Shown here one piece after another: positions 56,414 through 64,000 of a stretch of DNA of 64,000 nt. Position numbers and translations under genes: made by a program. This stretch comes from Pelagomonas calceolata (taxonomy: Eukaryota): NCBI GenBank assembly GCA_918797485.1, contig CAKKNE010000001.1:4154001-4218000 (forward strand), given 5' to 3'. A model generated the notes under the pieces. The model had not been told where the DNA came from, ran no database searches, and was given only the letters and a program-made list of their open reading frames with translations. Each line of letters opens with the position of its first letter. The first letter of the stretch is position 1.

Positions 56414-57630
56414 TTATGATTTACGCCGCTTCAGGAATGTACCTGCTTGCAATTCCCGGTATGCCTCGTCAATCTCCCAATCGTAATTCATCACGATCGG
56501 CCCGCCCATCGCCACGGGCTCGCGCAGCCGCTCGCCGACGAGCAGCAGCACGTCGCTTTCTCCGCGTGCCGCGTTCGTGCACGAGATCGCGTCCGCGCCG
56601 CTCGCAAAGCCGCAGGACTCGCCGGCCTTTACGGTGACCTGTCCCCCGCCAGGCCCGGGTACGGTGACCTGGCCCTCGCGACAGTACAGCGAACAAGAGG
56701 AGTCGGCACCGACCTTTGGCGCCCACTTTCCACCGGCCGGAATCCAGGCGTGCAAGACCTCAGCGCGCGGCCGCTGGTTGGGCGTTGCGCCCTCGCCGTC
56801 GGAGGCCGCAGCGACGATATTTTCGTCAAGCACAGTGCGTATACGCGTCCCGTCGACAACTTCCTCGTGCCACGGCGCGCCGTGCGCCGCGCCGAGGTAT
56901 CGAATAGAAGGCGGATCGAACTTCTGCGAGGCTGGCAAATTGACCCAGACCTGAAAGAGCTCGATGCTCGTCCTTCGCTCGTCGCTCGTCTCCCAAAATT
57001 CCTCGTGCTGGGCGCCCGAGCCGGTTCTCATCCATTGCGCACTTCCCCCTCGATAGGTCTTGGACCCGCCCAGGCTATCACGGTGGCGAAAGCCGTCGGA
57101 GCCGTCTAGCACATATGTGAGAATGTCAAAACCGCGGTGCGGATGCATCGAGAAGCCCTGTGTGGAAATCACATTTCGGGCGCCCCACGCCATCGACGCG
57201 ATATTTTCTCCGTAGCTCACTGGTTGATTTCCACACAGCTCTCGACCTCCACATCTATGTAGGGCAGCCCCGTGGCCTTCCCGAAGGCTCGGAACGGCCC
57301 CCGCAGCGGGTCCCGCGGGTCGAACCAATGTTTGTGATGCGCGACCAGCAAGAACGGGTCCGCGTTCGGCAGGCCCATCGGAATTACGCGCCCACCAGCC
57401 CAAGAAGGCCAGACAGGAATGCGGGGCCACTGCTGTACGTCTCCGGCGCGGCGCGAGGCCGTCTTCTGGGAAGCGGAGGCTGCTACGGGCGCCGCGGCCG
57501 TCAGCGCGGCGCCCGTCGCAGTCGCAGCATCTCTCCGAGTGAACGTCCCAGGGTTAATATCCGGGAGCTTCAACCACTGCGAGAGGGCTGCGGCCTGCGC
57601 GGCGACGGCTAGCAGAGCAAAGCATGGCAT
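56414..57630 (-). CDS. Pirin-family (bicupin) protein with signal/transit leader, 2 exons: 57630-57247, 57157-56414 (~375 aa)
   Basis: DPFLL, GFSMHPHRGFDILTY, HRDSLG, QWMRTGSGAQHEE, FQVWVNLP, EPVAMGGPIVMN. Confidence 0.92.
57158..57246 (-). mobile_element. Introner-type GT-AG intron (89 bp)
   Basis: 14-bp perfect TIR CTGTGTGGAAATCA / TGATTTCCACACAG. Donor 8 nt outside the TIR. Internal CCACGCCATCGACGCGA. Confidence 0.9.
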
Positions 57631-58003
57631 CGTGTTGGCAGCTTATGGACCGCTGCGGGGCGCCGAAAGATGGCGCAGGCAGCAGCGCTAGGTATCTCTA
57701 GGACGCGTAGGACCTACAAGACGACGAAGGCCGAGCAGCCGGATGCTGCTCGTCCAGCAAAGGCCGATTATTTTTCAGCTCATAGCGTGATTCATACTAG
57801 CCTTTTTTGGCATAAGACGACGCGTTTTGCGTCCAAACTCACCGCGCCGCAGCCGCTGAAGCAAGCTGGTGTTGACTGAGAGTTTGGAACAACTGCCCAC
57901 GTGCTGCTAACAAAGTTCCGTAGGCTGATACGCGCCTTTGAGGTCGAGCCTCTTGCAGCCACCACCTACGGCGAGGGGAGCGGTTTACAGCGCCGCGCGC
58001 ACG

Positions 58004-58571
58004 ATGCTAGCCTGCCGCGCCGCAGCGCGGCGCCCGCAACTCTTGTGGCCATCGATGGCGGCGCGTCGCGCCATCTCCTTGGGCCCTCGCCGCCCGCCGG
58101 CGCTCCGCCGCACCTTGGGCGCCGCCCTGGCGCCGCGCCGCCCGCCGGCGCTCCTCGCGCGCCGCGCCGCAACCACGAAAACGACGACGGGCATAGTAGG
58201 TCTCCCTGTCGACCCGCATGCCCGCGAGACCTTGATCGCCCTCAACGAGCAGCTCCTGGACGAAATTAAACAAGTACCGGAAGGGGCCGAGTACCGCAAG
58301 TCTGTAGAGGCGACCTGCAACTACCGACTCAAGTGCCTGCGCGAGAACGAGGACGAGGCGACGCTCGAAGAGCTCATCGGCATGGGGCAACTGGAGGAGC
58401 TCATCGAGTCGCAGACGGAGGAGCTGGGCGTCCTCCGCATGTACGTGGCTGTGTGGAAATCAAAATTTACGGCGCGTTTGACACACTGATTGATTTCCAC
58501 ACAGGTACGTGGCCGAGGAGATGTGGAAGGTCATCGCGGAGCTAGACACCCCGGAAGTGAAGCTCGACTGA
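58004..58571 (+). CDS. NDUFA5: Mitochondrial complex I subunit NDUFA5 (B13), 2 exons: 58004-58440, 58505-58571
   Basis: Arg/Ala-rich presequence, then TTGIVGLPVDP, YRKSVEATCNYRL, LEELIGMGQLEELI. Confidence 0.92.
58441..58504 (+). mobile_element. Pristine introner element (64-bp GT-AG intron)
   Basis: Perfect 8-bp TSD GTACGTGG (58441-58448, 58505-58512) and perfect 15-bp TIR CTGTGTGGAAATCAA / TTGATTTCCACACAG. Confidence 0.95.
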
Positions 58572-58585
58572 ATTAACTATGTTCA

Positions 58586-59257
58586 TTAATATTTCTTATC
58601 CCCCTTGATGGTCGATCGGAGGTCGTTCTCGACGGTCGACATGGCCGCCTTCAGGCCCGCCGCCGCGTCGGCGACGAAGTCGCCCGCCTCGACGTCGTCG
58701 TCGTCGGAAAAGTCGTCGTCGCTCTCACCATCGAGTGCCCTATCATCCAACGACGCCTCGATGCGGTTGCACAGCTGGAAGGCGAGCGCGGCCCAGGCGT
58801 AGACGGCGCAGAACGTCATGCGCGCGCGCGGCGTCTCGCCGCTTCGTTGTGCGGCGCAGAGCAGCTCGCCTCTATGACTAACTACTTGCCCAAAGAGCGA
58901 CGCGAGGGCCGCCTGCGATATCCGCATCGCACAAGCTCTTGAGAATAAGCCGTGCCTCAATAAAGTCTCGAGCAACAAACACAATAACCCACAGACGTAC
59001 ACCAAGCCGTAGGCCGTCAGACACCTCAATGCTTCAGGCGCATCGCCGGCACACGATAACGCCACGTCGATGCGCGACGGGAACAACGCAGCCACGGCCA
59101 ACGACGCCATGGCCGCGCACGTCGTCACGTGCAACGATCTAACAAAGCGACTCAAATCCGTCCGCTCGTCGAGCATCACTTCCGGGTGAAAATAAACCGC
59201 GCTGCTCAGCGACGCGGCGAGCCACCACAGCAACATGGCGGGGGACGCGGCCGGCAT
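58586..59257 (-). CDS. Hypothetical multi-pass membrane protein
   Basis: ATG-initiated 223-aa ORF with 4-5 hydrophobic segments and an acidic tail. Confidence 0.65.
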   Translation of the reverse strand: MPAASPAMLLWWLAASLSSAVYFHPEVMLDERTDLSRFVRSLHVTTCAAMASLAVAALFPSRIDVALSCAGDAPEALRCLTAYGLVYVCGLLCLLLETLLRHGLFSRACAMRISQAALASLFGQVVSHRGELLCAAQRSGETPRARMTFCAVYAWAALAFQLCNRIEASLDDRALDGESDDDFSDDDDVEAGDFVADAAAGLKAAMSTVENDLRSTIKGDKKY

Positions 59258-59768
59258 CTTTTATGTGGTGTGGCGATGGCGTTTGGAGAGAGCTTTGCTG
59301 TAGCGCGGTCGGCGCCCAGAGGAGTTTTCAGTCCTCTGCTTACAGCTGCTTGCAGAGCGAAATTGGTTGTGGCTGCGGTCGCGAGTGGGAACAGCGATCG
59401 AAACACAGTATTTGTGAGCCGGCACAGCCACCAATGCGTGTGTAGGCAAAAAAAGCAAATTACAAAGCTGGCCAAAACCCGCGAGTTAGAAAATTGAATC
59501 AATCACGAGGAGCACGTGGAGCCACCGCCTCTCGCCCCCAAGGACCGTCCCAATCGCAACAACCACGCGTCCCAGTCAGCTCAAAATCTCGATCTCTGCT
59601 GTCCGGTGGAGAGACAGACCCTCGTGGTACGCCGCGAATCGGCATTGATCAAGCTAACGACAGCAGCCGCGGGACGCGGTCGACGCGGCACGCGACGGCA
59701 AACGCGAAAAGGCAGCGTCGCGCGAGCCAGGGCAGCCCCCAAGGGACTCTGGGAGGATCCCTGACACA

Positions 59769-62729
59769 ATGCACAAAAACAAAGGAACGGCGCGGCCGCC
59801 GCGACCGAAGCCGCCGAAGAAGGCGGCCGCCCGCCGCAGCGCGCCACAAGAAGGCGGCCCGCTGGCCGTGGGCCAGCGCGTGCGCGTCGTGCGCGACGGC
59901 AAAGCGTGCGACGGCGACGTGTCGTTCCTCTCGCCGCTGCGCGACACGTGCACGATCACCTACGTTGATAAGACGGTGGAGACCTTCGTCAGCGTGAAGC
60001 GGCTGCGGTCGGCGTCGCGCGACGGCGGCTTCGCGGTGCTGGCGGCCCCGCCGACGGCCGCGGCGCCGGCGCCGAAGAGCCACAAGTCGCTCGTGCGCTT
60101 TAAGCGCGGCGACCGCGTCGAGGTGCGGCGGGGCAAGACCTGGGCGAAGCGCACGGTGCGAAGCTGCGAGGCGACGGGGCCCGGCACGGCCGATTTAACT
60201 TTGGCGGACCCCTGGGGCAACGAGGAGTTCCACCAGTTGGATGTTAGTGAAGGTTTGGAGGACGTTATCCGCTGGGAGAAGCGGCCGGACAAAGCGTCGC
60301 TCGACGCGGCGCCCACGCCCGCGAAGGCGCCGAAGGCGCCTAGCAAGGCGTCGCAGCCGAACATTGCGTCGCCGGCGCCCAAGGCGGCGGCCGTCAAGCA
60401 GCTCCACGCCGTCGTCTCGCGCCAGGCTTCGGCAGAAAGTGAGCGTTTGGAATCAAACCAGCCGGCCTGGGCGCGGCGCGGCGCGACGTGCCAGGTCGAC
60501 TGCGGCCACGACTGGTTCGACTGCACGCTGACGACGCGCGAGAAGCAGGGCACGTGGCGCATTCGGCACGCCGACGGCGCCTTCGAGAACGGCGTTTCGC
60601 TTGATAGATTAAGGGAGCGCCAGTGGTTTGCTGCTGGTTCGCTAGCGAGGGTGGCCTACCAGGACCGCTGGCACGACTGCAAGATCTTGGCGGTGTCGCG
60701 GGACCGCAAGACGTGTACGGTGCGGTACGAGGACAACGGCTACGCCGAGGAGAACGTGCCCGTGGCGACGCGGCTGCGCGAGCTGCGGTATGCGGACCCG
60801 GTAGCGCCCGTACCATTGCCGGACTTCAGCAAGCCCGCGCCGAAGCCCGTGTCGCTGGCGTCGTCCTCGGACCGGGACTCTCCTGCGGTTGTGGAATCGA
60901 AGAAGAAGAAGAAGACCGTACCGGCGCCGCCGCCGCGCTTCGTCGAACGGGCACCGGTCGCGCCCAAGCCCAAGGCCAAACCGTTGAGGGCCAAACCCGA
61001 CATCGACCTCACGGGCGACGACGACGAATCGCCGCGCAAGGCGCCGAAGCCGAAGCAGAAGCCGGCGGCGCCGCACCCTCCGTCGAAGCCCAAGCCGGCG
61101 AAGGCCGCCAAGGCGCCCGCCGCCGCGGCACCGAAGCCGAAGCCGGCTCCAAAGGCCGCTAAAGCTCCGCCAGCGACGGAGAAGGCTCAGCCGAAGCCAA
61201 AACCAGTCCCGAAGGCGCTGTCGGCTCCCAAGGCCGCCAAGGCGAAGCCGGAGGCTGCCGCCGCGCCGAAGGCTCCGAAGGCGCCCAAGGCGCCCAAGGC
61301 TGCGACGGAGAAGGCTGCGCCGAAGCCAAAACCAGCACCGAAGGTGGCCAAGGCGCCAGTCGAGGCTCCCAAGGAGAAAGCCGCGCCGAAGCCGAAGCCC
61401 GCTCCGAAGGCCAAGCCCGACGCGCCGGCGCCGTCGAAAGCGCCCAAGGCGAAACCGGCGCCGAAGGCCAAAAAGCCGGTGGTCGCCGCGGCGCCCGCGC
61501 CCAAGCCGTCGCCCGCGAAGAAGTCGGCAGTCGCCGCGCCAGCACCGACCAAGGCCGCGGCCCCCAAGCCGTCCCCGGTAAAGAAGGCGGCGCCAGCGGC
61601 GCCGAAGGCCCGGCGCGCGCCATCACCAGAGCCGAAGGCAGCGAAACCCGCCGCTCCCAAGCCGCAAAAGAAGGCCGAGTCACCTAAAAAAGCGAAGGCG
61701 CCCGCGCCCAAGCAGCCGGAGAAGGCGGAGGCTCCGCCGAAGCCGGACGCCGCCGAGGCCGCGCCGCGACAACCGAAGAGGCCGAGTTTCTTCCCGAAGG
61801 CCGACGCCGCGCCGGCGCCGCAGCCCTCTCCCAAGAAGGCCGCGCCGACGCCACCGCAAGAGGCCTCTCCCAAGAAGCCGACCGCAGCTTCGCCGAAGCC
61901 GAAGAAGCCGCAAACGCCTCCGAAGCCGACGCCGGCGGGGCCGCAAAATACGCCGGCCGGGCCGCAGACGACGCCGGCCGCGCGGCCGACGCCGGCCGCG
62001 CCCGCGACGCTCACGCCGAACCAGAGCCGCTCGCACGAGCAGGCCCTCGAGACGCTCAAGCTGGCCGCGAACCCGGACCTCGAGCCGCTGCCGCCGCGGC
62101 GCCGCCCGTCCGCGTCTAAGCCCGCCGCGCCCTCTCCCGAGAAGGCCGCGCCACCGACGCCCGTCGCGCCGAAGGAGCCAGAAGCCTCTCCGAAGCCGGC
62201 CGCCGCGCTGACGCCGCCGCCAGCACCAGAGCCGGAGGCCGCGCCGCAGAGCGCCGAGGAGCGCCCGCCGACGCCGCCACCGCCCGCCGAGACGGCGGTA
62301 GCGTCGCCGAAGCGCGAGCGTCGCCTCGGGCCCGGCACGACCCTGACGCCGCGGCGCAAGAGTTCGATCGACGAGCCCGTCGGCCGCGGCGCGCTCGGGC
62401 GGAAGGTCCAGAAATTCGAGACGGGGCCCCCGCCGGCGACGCCCGCGCCGCAGCCGACGTCACCGTCGTCGACGACTCCGGTCCTCCTGCACTACAAGAG
62501 CGGCGCGGACGTCACGTCGAACGAAATGGACCTCACGGACAAGTGGCTCGGGAAACCTGTTGCTGCTTTGAAAGCGGCCTTCGCGAAGCGCATGAGCTTG
62601 GATGTCGACGGCCTGTCCACAAAACGCGCCGACGGCACAGCCATCAGCGAGGCCCTGCCCATCCGGGACATCATCGACGGCGTCGAGGGCAGCGCGAACG
62701 TCGTCTTCGAGCTGAAAGCGTCGGAGTAA
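59769..62729 (+). CDS. Tudor/Agenet-like repeat protein with long Pro/Ala/Lys-rich region and possible C-terminal ubiquitin-like domain
   Basis: About four SH3-barrel-like units (LAVGQRVRV..CTITYVD; FKRGDRVEVR; CQVDCGHDWFDC..IRHADG..E; FAAGSLARVAYQDRWHDCKI..CTVRYEDNG.EENV), a PAK-rich linker and a compact C-terminal domain. Confidence 0.8.
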   Translation: MHKNKGTARPPRPKPPKKAAARRSAPQEGGPLAVGQRVRVVRDGKACDGDVSFLSPLRDTCTITYVDKTVETFVSVKRLRSASRDGGFAVLAAPPTAAAPAPKSHKSLVRFKRGDRVEVRRGKTWAKRTVRSCEATGPGTADLTLADPWGNEEFHQLDVSEGLEDVIRWEKRPDKASLDAAPTPAKAPKAPSKASQPNIASPAPKAAAVKQLHAVVSRQASAESERLESNQPAWARRGATCQVDCGHDWFDCTLTTREKQGTWRIRHADGAFENGVSLDRLRERQWFAAGSLARVAYQDRWHDCKILAVSRDRKTCTVRYEDNGYAEENVPVATRLRELRYADPVAPVPLPDFSKPAPKPVSLASSSDRDSPAVVESKKKKKTVPAPPPRFVERAPVAPKPKAKPLRAKPDIDLTGDDDESPRKAPKPKQKPAAPHPPSKPKPAKAAKAPAAAAPKPKPAPKAAKAPPATEKAQPKPKPVPKALSAPKAAKAKPEAAAAPKAPKAPKAPKAATEKAAPKPKPAPKVAKAPVEAPKEKAAPKPKPAPKAKPDAPAPSKAPKAKPAPKAKKPVVAAAPAPKPSPAKKSAVAAPAPTKAAAPKPSPVKKAAPAAPKARRAPSPEPKAAKPAAPKPQKKAESPKKAKAPAPKQPEKAEAPPKPDAAEAAPRQPKRPSFFPKADAAPAPQPSPKKAAPTPPQEASPKKPTAASPKPKKPQTPPKPTPAGPQNTPAGPQTTPAARPTPAAPATLTPNQSRSHEQALETLKLAANPDLEPLPPRRRPSASKPAAPSPEKAAPPTPVAPKEPEASPKPAAALTPPPAPEPEAAPQSAEERPPTPPPPAETAVASPKRERRLGPGTTLTPRRKSSIDEPVGRGALGRKVQKFETGPPPATPAPQPTSPSSTTPVLLHYKSGADVTSNEMDLTDKWLGKPVAALKAAFAKRMSLDVDGLSTKRADGTAISEALPIRDIIDGVEGSANVVFELKASE

Positions 62730-62972
62730 GTAGGTTTGCGTCGACGGCGTCTAGCCTCGTGCGGGTCGCAGAGCTGATTTTGTGAGAGCGCCGGTTTTTT
62801 CAGACGTGGCGCAACGTATAAGCGTTTTGCGGCATTGATTCGCAGGATTGTGTACCGCAGTATTGTGCTGGGGCGCTGGGGCAGCGCTTCTTGCTCCAGC
62901 CGCCTCCCACAGGTCCACTCCAACCTGGTGGTCAGAGTCACACTTTGAGCAAACCGCGTCCGCTGCTCAGTG

Positions 62973-63820
62973 ATGCGGCGCACTGGCATCATCCTCGCGA
63001 CAGCATTGGGCGCCTGCAATGCGTTGACGGCTTACCAGCGGTTGACAGGCGCGACGGTGCTCTCGGTCGCGGACCGGCGGCCGGTCGAGCTGACGTCGAC
63101 GTGGCAAGGTAACGAGCGCGTCGTCGTCGAGTTCCTGCGACACTTCGGGTGAGTGTTCTGCTGGGAGCGTGCCGTGCAGTTAAGGCGCGACGCGCTCCCA
63201 GCACTCGAGAAGAATAACATCAAGCTGGCTGTGGTAGGAATCGGTTCCCTCGACTCCGGCGAGACGTTCGCATCTCGCACGGAGTTCCCGAAGTCTATGC
63301 TCTACGTCGACGATTCTGACGAGTCCGAGGCGTATCGCGCCGCGGGGACTCGGAACACGAAGCGGAAGCCTGACGGGAAAGCTGACTTCGAGGGCATCGG
63401 CTCGATGTGGTCGCAAGCCACGAACGACGCGCTCAAGGAGCGCGGTAAGAAGGACCTCGACGCCATCACCGGCTCGCTCTTCAAGCCCGGCATGTGTCAG
63501 TGTGTTTACGCCATCGCCGCGACTCACAGACACGCAAACCGCAGGCATCTATACGCCACTCATGCCGAAAGGCTCGACGATGACTCGATCCATGGAGAAG
63601 ACGATGGTCCAGGGCGGCTCGTTCGTCTTCGAGGGCGACACCGTTTGCGCCAGTGTCCTTCCATGAATCCCCACCGGCACGCCGTCGCCGCGGTCGCGTC
63701 GCGTCGATGGCGTGGAGCGAGTCGCGTGCTACCGCGCAGGTCCTCTTCGAGCACTACGACGAGTCCTCGGGCGCGCACGCCGGGATCGACGACATTCTCA
63801 AGGCGGCCGGCGCCGCGTAG
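62973..63820 (+). CDS. Selenoprotein of the AhpC/TSA-2 (PRXL2/SelU/SelL-like) thioredoxin-fold family; exons 62973-63489, 63545-63642, 63740-63820; Sec codon 63150-63152 (~231 aa)
   Basis: FLRHFG-TGA-VFCWE aligns with the family FLRHFGCxFC motif. Later motifs LAVVGIG, LYVD, QGGSFVFEG, HYDE..GAHA. SECIS in the 3' UTR. Confidence 0.92.
63490..63544 (+). other. GC-AG intron (55 bp), degenerate introner
   Basis: TSD-like GCATGTGT/GCATCTAT (6/8) followed by CAGTGTG. Motif ACGCCATCGCCGCGAC. Restores frame. Confidence 0.8.
63643..63739 (+). other. GT-AG intron (97 bp) with the intronic motif
   Basis: ACC|GTTTGCGC CAGTGTCC ... GTCGCGTCGATGGCGTGG ... CGCGCAG|GTC, phase 0. Confidence 0.85.
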
Positions 63821-63825
63821 TCATC

Positions 63826-63890
63826 GCGTGCGAGGTACATGACGCGGCCCCACGCAATCGCCGTGTGGCCGCCGAAACCCCCTCGTGCGT
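63826..63890 (+). promoter_or_regulatory. Eukaryotic SECIS element
   Basis: Helix I GCGTGCGAGG/CCTCGTGCGT. Core ATGAC (63839) / CGAA (63873). Helix II GCGGCCCCACG/CGTGTGGCCGC (10 of 11 paired). Apical AA at 63856-63857. Confidence 0.9.
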
Positions 63891-63910
63891 GGACTAACAA
63901 CAACATGTGA

Positions 63911-64000
63911 TTATTTCCCGTCCTCCTCGCGCAGCTTTCGCGACGACGCGCGCATATCCACCAACTTCGCCTTCTGGTCGTCGGACATCGTCCCGAGGAT
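63911..64000 (-). CDS. 3' end of a convergent gene running off the window
   Basis: Open frame ILGTMSDDQKAKLVDMRASSRKLREEDGK* ending at TAA 63913-63911. Confidence 0.55.
   Translation of the reverse strand: MLGTMSDDQKAKLVDMRASSRKLREEDGK

Noticed and set aside
1..64000. Autonomous transposase for the introners; rRNA or tRNA genes
   Set aside because: No DDE/hAT transposase motifs and no recognisable structural RNA genes were seen in the window.

Overview
Gene-dense, GC-rich eukaryotic nuclear DNA with short spliceosomal introns, most likely from a pelagophyte alga of the Pelagomonas/Aureococcus type. That assignment is an inference from GC content, signal+transit leaders, flagellar genes and intron style. 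About 30 protein genes are supported, including a cyclin, NAA30, CCDC180-like, three tandem 8-TM paralogs, WAPL-like, PDZ-ferredoxin, a GT60 GlcNAc transferase, kinesin-2, SPAG1, an LRR protein, a subtilisin, a 1741-aa beta-repeat membrane protein, G-patch, DUF1415-WW, pirin, NDUFA5 and a Tudor-repeat protein. Main results from reading beyond the ORF track: (1) a selenoprotein at 62973-63820, with an in-frame UGA in a UxxC motif and a well-formed SECIS at 63826-63890; (2) most introns belong to, or resemble decayed members of, a family of TIR/8-bp-TSD introner elements inserted in both orientations, several with GC donors; (3) a candidate chimeric gene joining half a SNF2 ATPase, four C4 zinc fingers, CW fingers and a uracil-DNA glycosylase with an altered intercalation residue; (4) a recurrent CTAGTGTCTTAC motif about 120-260 bp upstream of start codons. 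No rRNA, tRNA or CRISPR array was recognised. Splice models were built by hand from frame logic and have no transcript support.
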